Assembly (NCBI GenBank): GCA_963710375.1 | Contig: CAVPZX010000004.1 | Location: 160,001-224,000, forward strand | DNA from: Nitrospirota bacterium | GTDB lineage: Bacteria; Nitrospirota; Thermodesulfovibrionia; Thermodesulfovibrionales; Dissulfurispiraceae | DNA: 64,000 bases | Direction of reading: 5' to 3' | Shown: in pieces, positions 20,644 to 30,616 of the stretch | How the letters are laid out: each line of letters opens with the position of its first letter | Position numbering within the stretch: the first letter of the stretch is position 1 | Made by a program: the position numbers and the translations under genes | Notes under the pieces: generated by a model | Told to the model about the DNA's origin: nothing | The model's database searches: none | What the model saw: only the letters and a program-made list of their open reading frames with translations

Positions 20644-21828
20644 TTAAAAACCGAGCCCCTTGAGCAGGGTGTCCACCCCTGCCTGGGAGATGACCTCTTT
20701 GATTTTTGTTTCTTTATCACCTTTTTCGGCTTTTAATCCGACGTTCCCTATTATTTTCACCATTTCTTTTTCCGTCTCCTCCATAAAACCAATGACCTGC
20801 TTCAAGGTGCGTCCGGTTATGTCCTGGAACTCCTGGATTATCAGCAGTTCGGTGAGGTCTTTCTCAAATTCCTCCCCGAATCTCTCCATATAGTCTAGTG
20901 CATCCTCGTTGTCGGCGAATCCCTGTATATCCATCTTGAAGCCCTTGATCCGTGCGAGATATTTTTCGACGATCTCCAAAGTCCTGTTTGCCGCATCTTC
21001 GGTCCCCTTGATGACCAGTTGCAGATTGTCGAGAGCGGTTGGCATCTCGGAAACAGTCATGCTTTTCATGCGCGGCGCATTGATGCCCCTGAAGCCCTGG
21101 ATGGTGTCATGCAGTTTCCTGGTGAGCTTGCCAAGCTCCTTGTATAAACCCTCCTGTCCTTTGCTGATGATATTTTCCACGCACGCGTTGGTCTTATTAA
21201 AATCCTGGCTGACGAGGGCATCCATAAAACATACGACGTCATCAAGAACTGTCACGCGGGGGTCATTTTTTTCGATGCCCTTATTCTTGAAGAATTCCTT
21301 TGTGTCCATAATCTCCCGCACAAACATGTCGCCGCCGATACCCTCTATCTTCTTGACCACCTCGACTTTGTCAGCTCCTGCTTCCTTGTATTCGATTATC
21401 TCATCCTCGAAAAGATGCATGTCCTGCTGGGGGATCATTCTCCTGGGGTCGAGCATGATAATGAGTCGGTCGTTTATTTTTGCAGCTCCGTCCACAGCTT
21501 CGCGGGTGTCGGCCATAAAGGTTTCAGCAGGTTCTATACTGCTGTTTTCGATGCTGATAACACCTGTAATGCCATCCACGAGTATGCCGAAGGCTACTTT
21601 GCCGCTCGCAAGGACTATAACCTTCTGCGGCCCCTCGCTCTCGGGAAAGCCAAGCAAACTTCTGAGTTTGACGATGGTTATTATCTTGCCCCGCATGTTG
21701 CTGATCCCTTCAACGTAGGGTGGGGACTGGGGCATTTTGGTTATTTGCGGGAGATTGATTATCTCCTGGACCTTGTTAATAGGTACGGTAAATTCATTGC
21801 CGTTTACAAGAAAGCCGACATATTGCAT
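20644..21828 (-). CDS. CheW-CheZ fusion protein
   Basis: N-terminal CheW (VQEIINLPQITKMP, VEGISNMRG); C-terminal CheZ-like (TRKLHD, TEDAANRT, QEFQDITG, QAGVDTLLKGLGF). Confidence 0.85.
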   Translation of the reverse strand: MQYVGFLVNGNEFTVPINKVQEIINLPQITKMPQSPPYVEGISNMRGKIITIVKLRSLLGFPESEGPQKVIVLASGKVAFGILVDGITGVISIENSSIEPAETFMADTREAVDGAAKINDRLIIMLDPRRMIPQQDMHLFEDEIIEYKEAGADKVEVVKKIEGIGGDMFVREIMDTKEFFKNKGIEKNDPRVTVLDDVVCFMDALVSQDFNKTNACVENIISKGQEGLYKELGKLTRKLHDTIQGFRGINAPRMKSMTVSEMPTALDNLQLVIKGTEDAANRTLEIVEKYLARIKGFKMDIQGFADNEDALDYMERFGEEFEKDLTELLIIQEFQDITGRTLKQVIGFMEETEKEMVKIIGNVGLKAEKGDKETKIKEVISQAGVDTLLKGLGF

Positions 21829-21922
21829 TGTTTTCTCCTCTCAGGAATGATGATAACAAATTACTTATTGCCTTGCAAGGAAGAATTTTCACAACCGCCT
21901 TTTCGGTAACAGCTGTTTAACC

Positions 21923-22090
21923 CATAAATTTATACTAGGAGCAGGCTGGTCATGGTGCTGAGCGGACTATGACAGCCTAAGTGACACCAGGGATGGTGAC
22001 ACAGGCTGTCATAGCCTCGGAGCAAGGCCGGATGCCTTGCGAGAATGAGACGAAGCACTGTGGCCTGACTGCTCCTAGTATAAATTTATG
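21923..22090 (+). other. Structured non-coding element with 22-bp perfect terminal inverted repeats (MITE-like or ncRNA)
   Basis: cataaatttatactaggagcag (21923-21944) / ctgctcctagtataaatttatg (22069-22090); two internal hairpins. Confidence 0.8.
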
Positions 22091-22138
22091 AATAATGTGG
22101 ATTAGACGCCTCCCCGAATTCTGCTATAATTAGCTATC

Positions 22139-22957
22139 ATGTCCTTCGTAATATCCTTAAATCCTGCAAGAGTGAACACGGGAGAAGATTTATGGTTTAT
22201 TTTTCGCGGGGATGAATTGTTGGTCAGGACGACTGAAACCGGTGCTGAGGTGCCCGATTTTCAGGATATAACCGGGCTTGATCAGAATTTCATCAGTTCG
22301 CACTACCTTGGAACACTAAACGGACTCAATTGTTATACTACTGAGGTTGACGGGAATGTCGTTGGTCCGGATGGAATGTCGTTTCAGGCCTTGCACCCGC
22401 TGCTTGGCCTTCTGGATGAGGAATTTTTTTCGGCTGCAGGCAGGGCTTTTCAAATCATCCATTGGGAACGGACGCATCAGTTTTGCGGCAGATGCGGAGG
22501 CCGCACCAGACTGAAAACCGGAGAAAGGGCCAGGGAGTGCCCGGATTGCGGTCTTGTAATGTATCATGAGATATCCCCGGCTATAATCGTGGCTGTAGCC
22601 AAGGGGGCTGAGATACTCCTGGCACAGTCCCATCGTTTCCGGAATGCGTTTTACAGTGTATTGGCCGGTTTTGTAGAACCTGGTGAAACCTTCGAGGAGA
22701 CAGTCAGGAGGGAGGTCCGTGAAGAGGTCGGGATCGAGCTCAAAAATATACGCTATTTCGGAAGCCAGCCCTGGCCGTTTCCCAATTCGTTAATGGTCGG
22801 GTTTATGGCTGACTATGAAAGCGGGGAAATCAGGATCGATGAATCCGAGATTGTCGATGCCGGGTGGTTTGCCACAAATAATCTGCCGGGCCTGCCACGC
22901 ACCGGGACAATTGCACGCAGGCTGATAGATTTCTTTGCAGAGGGTGTAAGGAAATGA
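22139..22957 (+). CDS. nudC: NADH pyrophosphatase / NAD-cap decapping Nudix hydrolase
   Basis: FCGRCG..CPDCG zinc ribbon, Nudix GFVEPGETFEETVRREVREEVG, SQPWPFPNSLM. Confidence 0.95.
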   Translation: MSFVISLNPARVNTGEDLWFIFRGDELLVRTTETGAEVPDFQDITGLDQNFISSHYLGTLNGLNCYTTEVDGNVVGPDGMSFQALHPLLGLLDEEFFSAAGRAFQIIHWERTHQFCGRCGGRTRLKTGERARECPDCGLVMYHEISPAIIVAVAKGAEILLAQSHRFRNAFYSVLAGFVEPGETFEETVRREVREEVGIELKNIRYFGSQPWPFPNSLMVGFMADYESGEIRIDESEIVDAGWFATNNLPGLPRTGTIARRLIDFFAEGVRK

Positions 22958-23029
22958 TGCATGGTCTTCGTTGAGAGGGGATTGAATAAAGGATATTAAT
23001 GAACTCACCCAGGATGAAAGGAGAGTGTT

Positions 23030-24041
23030 ATGAAAGTTTTTGAGGTCAGAGACAATTTTGGCATCGATAACCTGGTACTTGCCGAGAGGCCTCAGCCCAT
23101 GCCAGGTCATGGACAGATACTCGTGAAGGTACGGGCAGTATCTCTCAATTACCGCGATCTTATGGTTGTAAAGGGCATTTACAATCCTAAGCTCCCCTTA
23201 CCCCTTATACCTTTCTCGGATGGTGCGGGGGATGTCGTCGCCGCAGGTGATGGCGTCTCACGGGTAAGGGTGGGTGACCGTGTTGCAGGTATCTTCATGC
23301 AGACCTGGCTGGGAGGTGAAGTGACCGAGTCCAAAGCGAGGTCTGCCTTAGGCGGAGGAATCGACGGTATGCTGGCTGAGTACGTGGTTCTTCACGAAGA
23401 CGGTGTCGTACACATCCCCGCGCACCTCTCCTATGAAGAGGCTGCCACTCTGCCCTGCGCGGCCGTAACAGCCTGGCACGCTGTCATTGAGAAGGGACTG
23501 AAATTAGGAGGAAGCGTGCTGGTGCTCGGTACGGGCGGGGTCTCTCTCTTCGCGCTCCAGTTTGCGAGGCTTGCCGGGGCAAAGGTGATCATAACGTCCA
23601 GCAGTGACGAAAAACTGACAAGAGCGCAGCAACTTGGGGCCGAGGAATGCATTAACTATAAGAAGGTGCCCGAATGGGACCAGCGGGTAAGGGAGACTCA
23701 CGGGAGGAACGGGTGTGGATCTTGTAGTTGAGGTAGGAGGGGCAGGTACCCTGCCGCAATCCCTCAAAGCTGTCCGCACAGGAGGCCGAATCAGTTTGAT
23801 AGGGGTCTTGACCGGAAACACCGGAAAGATAAACCCTCTGCCGATTGTGATGAAAAATATTCGGGTAGAGGGCATATTCGTCGGCTCACGCGAGATGTTC
23901 GAGTCGATGAACCGCGCCATAAACCTGCACCAGCTGCATCCCGTGGTGGATCGTATCTTCTCCTTTGAGGAGATAGGGCAGGCGCTCCGGCACATGGAGA
24001 GCGGCGCACACTTCGGCAAGATCTGCATCAGAATAGCCTGA
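23030..24041 (+). CDS. NAD(P)-dependent medium-chain dehydrogenase, +1 frameshift at 23696
   Basis: [30 protein letters not shown]; removing base 23696 gives [18 protein letters not shown]...HFGKICI. Confidence 0.9.
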
Positions 24042-24046
24042 GGCGG

Positions 24047-24130
24047 AAAGGCAAACCCGTTTTTGCTATATGTCATGGCCCTCAAATTTTGATTAGCGCA
24101 GGTTTGTTAAAAGGAAGGCATGCGACATGA
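24047..24130 (+). pseudogene. Fragment of a PfpI/DJ-1 (type 1 glutamine amidotransferase-like) gene
   Basis: Translates KGKPVFAICHGPQILISAGLLKGRHAT*; no start or N-terminus. Confidence 0.8.
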
Positions 24131-24337
24131 AATCCGCTGTTGAAATGATTCGGGAGAACATGTAAGATACAACCTGAGATTGTTACTTGCAAATTAGAGG
24201 ATGGAATCCGGTTTTCTACGAAGATATACGAAAAGGGGATTTTTCAGAGACAAAGTGAAGGGATACAAACTTCCAGTGAAGCGCGTGGTTCGAACTGATA
24301 TGACCGACTACTCTCAGACCGGTACAACACTCTATCT

Positions 24338-25066
24338 ATGAGCAACAGCAACACGCGACAAAGCGATGACCGGTCTGGCAAGCTTGTAGAGGAGCCGCGC
24401 AACTTCTTCATGACCTTGCGCGATGTTGCCTTCTGGATTCGCAGCGCGCGCGCCGACGCGGCACTGGCACGGCTTCGAACCACAGTTACTGCCGGAGAGG
24501 CATTTGACCGTCTCTACCGCTTGACCGACGATCCATACGGTACGGCGTTGCCGCAATACCGTTATCAGCGTCGCAAATACCGCGCACTGCTTTCAATTCT
24601 GCCAAAGCGAATGTACGGGGATGTTCTCGACATAGGTTGCGGCCTCGGCGTATTCAGCCGCGTACTCGCTCCGCATGCGGAGCGGGTTCTTGGAATCGAT
24701 GTTTCTCTCCACGCGGTATCGCAGGCCCGGTCGCACTCAGCCGGATTCGCTAACCTGCACTTCGAGCAGGGCGATATTCAAAGCTTCGACAGCCCGCGTC
24801 GGTTCGACCTCGTTGTCTTAGCGGATGTCATGTACTACCTGCCAACCTCTACAGATGTCTCCGTTCAGACGATCGCGGCAAAACTCACCGCGCTTCTCGA
24901 GCCTGGCGGTCTTCTGTTGCTCGTCAATCACTTCTTCTTCACGGTCGATCGGCCGTCGCGCATGACTCGCCGCATTCATAACGCGTTTCGTGATTCACGT
25001 GATCTTGCCGTCGTGTCGGAGCACCGCCGAGCCTTCTATCTGGCAACGGTACTCGAACGGCGATAA
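24338..25066 (+). CDS. Class I SAM-dependent methyltransferase (NodS-like)
   Basis: FDRLY..DDPY, VLDIGCGLG, FDLVVLADVMYY, LEPGGLL. Confidence 0.85.
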   Translation: MSNSNTRQSDDRSGKLVEEPRNFFMTLRDVAFWIRSARADAALARLRTTVTAGEAFDRLYRLTDDPYGTALPQYRYQRRKYRALLSILPKRMYGDVLDIGCGLGVFSRVLAPHAERVLGIDVSLHAVSQARSHSAGFANLHFEQGDIQSFDSPRRFDLVVLADVMYYLPTSTDVSVQTIAAKLTALLEPGGLLLLVNHFFFTVDRPSRMTRRIHNAFRDSRDLAVVSEHRRAFYLATVLERR

Positions 25067-25302
25067 GGTCGGCTGCGCCCGACTCGCACATGCAGCGGTC
25101 AGGTGGCCGTTAGGTGCAGGCTTGAAATGAATCCTGATCATTTCAACTCGTAGTACCCCTCATCATATTCAGGATACCCTACAGTGAGCGTTCCTGTGAA
25201 ACTTTTTTGTTCTTGCACATTCTCTATCAAATAGAATGTCTCAGTAATGGCGCATTCCGGCCCACAGGTATTATATAATGAATCTTGGGAGAGTGATGTG
25301 CA

Positions 25303-26541
25303 ATGGTTAAGATTTACAGCATTGAGGATGACAGTGAGCGGTATATTTCCATAACACTCGAATCCCTCGTGCCAGGTTCACAGATACCTTTCGAGATATT
25401 CACCCACGACGGCACTTTCTACAAATCCCTCCTCGATAAAAACTCTATTTACAGCTACTTCGCACAAAAAATGATAGAGGCCCAGGCAGTATGCAGTTTC
25501 TACATACGGCATGGAAACGCCCTTAGTTTTGAAGATTACATGCGTAATGCGGACAAACTTAAAAAGATGCTGCGCGATCCCTGTTTTTTTGAATCCCGTT
25601 ACAGGGATTTCAGGGATAAGATGTTCATTGTGGATAAGCATGTGCTTAATGCCGGAATACCTTTCACCATACCCCTGGCCGGTTTGAAGTTCCCTCTCTT
25701 TGGGGAGATACCTTTCGTCGTCGACTGCACTGCTGCTTACAGACACCTGCTTGAACTGAACTCGGACATTGCCATTCGCAAGCAGGACGTCGATGCCTAT
25801 TACAACTACCTTGATGCCGTGCTGGATACGGAAGACCTTCAGGATCCCATCATAAAGCTCAGGGCACGGCGTGAGAAGGTCAAGGTTTGGTGCTATAGGG
25901 TGCTCACCGAAGCGCGTAACAACGCCCTTACGCAGGATACTCTGCTGAAGCTTTACAAACATATCAGTATCGTCATGACGCTGATAGCCAATGATTTCAG
26001 CTACGCCGGGAAATTCCTCTTTTTCGATGTTTCGGACAGATTCCTGTATATCCACTCCACGAATGTCTGTCTGATGTCCCTCATGCACGGACATGTGCTA
26101 AACATGGAAGAGACAGCGCTGCTTAACCTCGGGATAAGTGCGATGTTGCATGATTTGGGTCTCGTTTCTATCGACGACGATGTGTGCGAAGATTCCCCGA
26201 ACGAAATAGAAAGGGAACTGTTTAAATCTCATGTGCTCCGGGGCAAGGAATTGCTCGACCAGTGCAAAGATGTGCCTAAAGCAGCGAAAACTGTTGCGCT
26301 GACACACCATGAGCGGGATGACGGGAGCGGGTATCCGGACATGCTCACCGGCAGCATGATACACCCCTTTGCAAAAATCGTAGCTCTGGCAGATACCTTT
26401 GAAAGGCTCAGGGTGGCAGGGTTTAAACATACTTCCCTGAAGCGCACAAAAGTGCTGGAGCATATGGTGCTTCATGGTCATGCCTTTAATCCCGATTACT
26501 TTAAGACCTTTCTGCAGTTTGTTGCAGAACTTGCCCTGTAG
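25303..26541 (+). CDS. HD-GYP domain protein (c-di-GMP phosphodiesterase family)
   Basis: YIHSTNV, LHDLG, HHERDDGSGYP, ALADTFE. Confidence 0.88.
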   Translation: MVKIYSIEDDSERYISITLESLVPGSQIPFEIFTHDGTFYKSLLDKNSIYSYFAQKMIEAQAVCSFYIRHGNALSFEDYMRNADKLKKMLRDPCFFESRYRDFRDKMFIVDKHVLNAGIPFTIPLAGLKFPLFGEIPFVVDCTAAYRHLLELNSDIAIRKQDVDAYYNYLDAVLDTEDLQDPIIKLRARREKVKVWCYRVLTEARNNALTQDTLLKLYKHISIVMTLIANDFSYAGKFLFFDVSDRFLYIHSTNVCLMSLMHGHVLNMEETALLNLGISAMLHDLGLVSIDDDVCEDSPNEIERELFKSHVLRGKELLDQCKDVPKAAKTVALTHHERDDGSGYPDMLTGSMIHPFAKIVALADTFERLRVAGFKHTSLKRTKVLEHMVLHGHAFNPDYFKTFLQFVAELAL

Positions 26542-26642
26542 GGTAGTAGAAATTACATTATTTACTTATCCAGAGCCATTTTATCTCTTTGCTTCAATCC
26601 ATGATCTGTTTAAATTCAAAGACTTTCATCCAGATGCCTTTG

Positions 26643-26658
26643 TGGCATATAAAATGCT
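26643..26658 (+). promoter_or_regulatory. Putative sigma54 (-24/-12) promoter
   Basis: TGGCATATAAAATGCT, GG-N10-GC spacing, upstream of the P-II-like gene. Confidence 0.55.
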
Positions 26659-26739
26659 TGATTTTAACAGGAGGAATAGAAATAGCAAAACTGCTGAGCT
26701 ATTCACCGCCACATTTTATAGACACGGAAGGAGAAAAAA

Positions 26740-27075
26740 ATGAAGCTGATAGAAGCCGTCATAAAACCGGGAACTATGGATGAGGTAAAAACTGCAGTTC
26801 GGCAGCTGGGTGTTGAGGAGATTGGCGTTGAGGAGATAATTGTCAATCAACCCGCGGGTCAAGCCGGTAAAAAAAGGGAACCCATGTGCTGCCGTGGTGC
26901 TGAACATGGGGCAGACTTTATGGCGAAAATTAAAATTCAGATTATCGTTGCTGACAACCTAGTAGGCAAAGTTGCCGAAACCATTGTCAGGATTGCCGCT
27001 ACCGAGCGGAAAAGGGATTGCAGTATATCTATCCTACATATAAATGAAACGCAGACATATTATGCAAAGGCATGA
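26740..27075 (+). CDS. Divergent P-II family protein
   Basis: MKLIEAVIKP, RGAE..ADFMAKIKIQIIV; T-loop and C-terminus diverged. Confidence 0.8.
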   Translation: MKLIEAVIKPGTMDEVKTAVRQLGVEEIGVEEIIVNQPAGQAGKKREPMCCRGAEHGADFMAKIKIQIIVADNLVGKVAETIVRIAATERKRDCSISILHINETQTYYAKA

Positions 27076-27107
27076 GTACTATCAGCTCTTCTAAATTATT
27101 TGTAACT

Positions 27108-29774
27108 TTATTGTGAAACCGGTCCCTGAATGACCCGTGCGAAGCCATTGGGGCGTATCCAGCGTGCAAAGGCTGCGCGTACCTCTTTTGCAGTGATCTT
27201 TAGGTACTGCCGGGCTGCAAGCAGAGGTTCATCCAGAGGCAGCCCCTCCATCGAGCGGGCAATGAGCCCTGAGGCAATGTTTCCTACGCTTGATTCGGAA
27301 AGCGGGATTTGCCGGATGAGAAGTGTTTTCGCTCTCTGTAATTCCTCAAGCGTAACAGGTTTTGTCTGCATTAGCCGAAGATTGTGTTTCACTATAGCGC
27401 GCGCCTTTTCTACGTTCGGTGGGTCACAGGCATAAAAGACACCGAAGAGTGAGCGGGTCTTTCTGGCATCGATGAAGGATTCCACTGAGTACACCAGCCC
27501 TGCCTGCTCGCGCAGATCGTGGTATAGACGCGTGGCGTAAAAGGCGCCTGACAGAACATGGTTGCCCACCTCCAGCTTATAGTAGTCGGGATGTGAGCGG
27601 GTAATGCCCATGGTCTCGGCGAGTATCACCTCATCCTGCACACGGCTTGTATCCGGCACCACGGCTGAGGACGGTCTGTTGCGGGGTACGGGAGGATCTT
27701 CTGTGGCCGGCTTGGGTCCTTCGCTCTTCCATCCACCGAAATATTTTTCGATTACCGACTTAGCCTTTTCAGGGGTGATCTTGCCTATGACAACTATAGT
27801 GGTCAGGTCGGGTCTGTAGTTTTTATTGTAATAGTTCTTCACGTCTTCGAGCGTCAGGCTGCCGACTGTCTCAGGGGTTGCCTGCCGTAAAAAAGGATCT
27901 CCTGCCGGATAAAGTTCCTTTCGGAGAGTGTGTTTTCTAATGTAGTCAGGGCTCTGCAGTTTTCCAGCCAGAGCGCCCTTAGTCTCCTCCTGCACTACTT
28001 TAAAGGCTTTATCAGGAAGTGCGGGATGCAGAAGGTTGTCTGCTACCAACTGCACGCCTCTATCGAAATGATCACTGGTTACCTGCAGGGAAAAGCTTGA
28101 CCCCACCGAGGCGTCCGCTCCGATGTCGTCCAAAGCCTTTCTCAGTTCCAGCCGGTCCAGGGTAGAGGTACCGTACGTAAAGAGGCTGTCCAGAACGGTA
28201 GTGACGCCATCCTTTCCAGCCGGTTCCTGCACGCCGGGATTGTTTTTGATCTTGCCGTAGATGCTTACTGTCTCGCTTGTTTCAACCGGCTGGACAATGA
28301 GACGCAAGTTGTTTGGCAATCGTATGTCTTCAGGCTTAACATTGGAGACAGGGATCACGGGAGTCTCCTCTACCTTCTTCGCCCATTCCGGCAGGCGTAC
28401 AGGCTTTGTGTGTTTGGGAATGAACGATTCCTCGCCGCCGAACCCCTTGGAGGACACAGGCTTGCCAGAGGGTTGAGGCGTAAGCAAAGCCTCGATGGCC
28501 GTGTCATTTACAAGATAGGTCCGCGCCACACGGTTCACGTCCTCAACCGTCACCTTTTTTATTGCCTTAATATCGTCTTCCGGCGAGGTCCGTCCTTCAG
28601 CTGCCAGCGCCTGTGACCATTCCACAGCCAGCCCGGCTATTGAGTTCTTCTGGAATTCGGCCTCTGCCTCCTCCTTGTATTTTGCCGCCTCCACCAGTTC
28701 GGAGGGCACGCCATTTTTAACATATCCAGCTATAATTTCTTTTGCTTTCCTGATCAGTGCAGGCCCGTCGCTGCCGGGAGGAAAAACTATCACGGCATAG
28801 GCTGAAGCCGCTTTTGGCAAGGTGTTCAGGCTGAAATCTGTTTCGAGGGCCTTGCCTTGAGGGACTAGTGCATAAAGGTCCCCCCTCTGGCTGGCCAACA
28901 CGTCAGCCAGTATCTGACTCGCAGCAAAGTCGGGGCTATCGAAACCAGGCAGTCGATAGGCCACCATCGCAAGACCGTAAGGGAGATCGGTATCCATGGT
29001 GATGGTATCAGGTTTCATAGGCTGAAGGCTGATTTCGGGACGACGAGGCAAAGGCCGGGAGGGTATAGCCTCAAAAAACATCTTGACCTCGTCGAGGGCC
29101 TTTTCCGGCTCCACGTCACCGCTGATGACCAGGATAGCGTTATTCGGCACGTACCATGCTGTGTGAAAATCCCGCAGCATCGCGTCGGTAGTTTTGTCGA
29201 AGGAAGGACGTGTGCCGAGTGGATCATGGGAATACGGCGTGCCGGCGAACATCCGCTGCAGAAGCTTTGTGTAGAAGATATACGTGGGATTAGACAGGTC
29301 CTGCGCTACTTCCTGCTCAATGGCCCCGCGCTCCTGGTCCCAGAGTTTCTCGTCTGCGAGAAGGTTTTGCATGCGGATTGCCTCCATATGGAGGGCTATA
29401 GAAAGGTTGTCGGAAGGGACAGTGAAGGCATATTGCGTAATAGTCTGCTGGGTGTCGGCGCTGAAATCGCCTCCCATGGCCGCAGTAATGCTCGCGAGTT
29501 GACCAGCCGAAAGTCCGGAGCTGCCGCGAAACATCATATGCTCAGTGGCATGGGCCATGCCGGGAAAGCCCTCCGGTGTCTCATCGGCTCCCACAAGGTA
29601 GTTTATTTCAGTAGTAACCACAGGAGCGAGAGTGTTTCGCACAATTACCACCCTAAGGCCGTTCTTCAGTGTGGCGCGAAGCACACCGGAATCCTGGTTG
29701 GAATGAGCAGGCGCTGCAGCGAGAATAAGAAGTGAGAATAGTATCAGTGCTACACGCAGTGTAATGTTCCTCAT
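27108..29774 (-). CDS. Secreted M16 (pitrilysin-family) zinc peptidase
   Basis: Signal peptide, HATEHMMFRG (HxxEH), duplicated M16 domains. Confidence 0.93.
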   Translation of the reverse strand: MRNITLRVALILFSLLILAAAPAHSNQDSGVLRATLKNGLRVVIVRNTLAPVVTTEINYLVGADETPEGFPGMAHATEHMMFRGSSGLSAGQLASITAAMGGDFSADTQQTITQYAFTVPSDNLSIALHMEAIRMQNLLADEKLWDQERGAIEQEVAQDLSNPTYIFYTKLLQRMFAGTPYSHDPLGTRPSFDKTTDAMLRDFHTAWYVPNNAILVISGDVEPEKALDEVKMFFEAIPSRPLPRRPEISLQPMKPDTITMDTDLPYGLAMVAYRLPGFDSPDFAASQILADVLASQRGDLYALVPQGKALETDFSLNTLPKAASAYAVIVFPPGSDGPALIRKAKEIIAGYVKNGVPSELVEAAKYKEEAEAEFQKNSIAGLAVEWSQALAAEGRTSPEDDIKAIKKVTVEDVNRVARTYLVNDTAIEALLTPQPSGKPVSSKGFGGEESFIPKHTKPVRLPEWAKKVEETPVIPVSNVKPEDIRLPNNLRLIVQPVETSETVSIYGKIKNNPGVQEPAGKDGVTTVLDSLFTYGTSTLDRLELRKALDDIGADASVGSSFSLQVTSDHFDRGVQLVADNLLHPALPDKAFKVVQEETKGALAGKLQSPDYIRKHTLRKELYPAGDPFLRQATPETVGSLTLEDVKNYYNKNYRPDLTTIVVIGKITPEKAKSVIEKYFGGWKSEGPKPATEDPPVPRNRPSSAVVPDTSRVQDEVILAETMGITRSHPDYYKLEVGNHVLSGAFYATRLYHDLREQAGLVYSVESFIDARKTRSLFGVFYACDPPNVEKARAIVKHNLRLMQTKPVTLEELQRAKTLLIRQIPLSESSVGNIASGLIARSMEGLPLDEPLLAARQYLKITAKEVRAAFARWIRPNGFARVIQGPVSQ

Positions 29775-29831
29775 TAATTGATTATAAGTGCATCCGCCAT
29801 GCAATGCAATATGTCAGTAGTCTTAATATTC

Positions 29832-30497
29832 CTAATATCTGTATATTTGATTGCGTGGCGGTCGCCAAGCCTGCATCATATTGATCACAAAATCTACGCT
29901 TGCCTTATCTTGCTTCGACAGATCAATGTGTTTCCCGATTGACTCAGGTGGCCCCATCAAGAGTGGATGCCACACAAGCACCTCATATTGTCCCGCTGGG
30001 AGATTTGCGATTTCAGCTGAGCCATCTTCACCTGTCTTCGCAAAATAAGGGGTTTCAACCACATAAATATAGGCAATCATCAAATCATGAATGGAGCATC
30101 CAAGTACAACAGGACCAGGCTTGTCAAAGACGACAGGCGGAGCGGGTGTCCCCTTATAAAGAGGCAGTTCAAATTTTTTGGCAGGAGAGATAGAGTAGAC
30201 ATTATGACTGATATTGTCCTTATTTGGAAAATGAACAGGGGTCCCTGTCTGGACCGGCAGCACGTAAGGAACAAATTCTGTACCTATCTCGTCCATTATA
30301 ACATTCTGCAGCCTTTCGGAAGAAGCCGGCGTAAAGTTCAACGGGTTGGCATATACTACCGCATCTTTTACCGGCTTGCCGGAGGAGTCCTTAACGCTGC
30401 TGTTTAACGTTGCCGAAAAGGCATTTAATGGAAGCATGAAACACCCCAGGATAATACCTAACTGAATCGTTTTTTGCAGCGCGGGAACCTTTGTCAT
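29832..30497 (-). CDS. Periplasmic cupredoxin-domain protein (methylamine-utilization-like)
   Basis: FPNKDNISHNVYS and CSIHDLM type-1 Cu ligand pattern, signal peptide. Confidence 0.8.
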   Translation of the reverse strand: MTKVPALQKTIQLGIILGCFMLPLNAFSATLNSSVKDSSGKPVKDAVVYANPLNFTPASSERLQNVIMDEIGTEFVPYVLPVQTGTPVHFPNKDNISHNVYSISPAKKFELPLYKGTPAPPVVFDKPGPVVLGCSIHDLMIAYIYVVETPYFAKTGEDGSAEIANLPAGQYEVLVWHPLLMGPPESIGKHIDLSKQDKASVDFVINMMQAWRPPRNQIYRY

Positions 30498-30616
30498 CAC
30501 TCCCTCCATAGAATTAAGATTTCACCTTTCATATCATATCACTTTTTGTAACCATGTCAAATCATAAGTCTATAAAGTCTGGTATAATTTAGGAATATCG
30601 CTGACCTGGAGGTGTT

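Noticed and set aside
20909..21718. Long antisense ORFs (e.g. 269 aa here, 26094-25378, 46204-45461, 50929-51621)
   Set aside because: Shadow frames of well-supported genes on the opposite strand
24128..24130. TGA near a Cys-equivalent position of the PfpI fragment as possible selenocysteine
   Set aside because: The fragment has no start, the frame breaks afterwards and no SECIS-like hairpin is evident; a deletion explains it
26674..26704. gaatag...agcaaaactgct...ctattc hairpin resembling the start of a c-di-GMP-I riboswitch next to an HD-GYP gene
   Set aside because: Lacks the GNRA loop, the GCAAAG junction and the second stem of the motif
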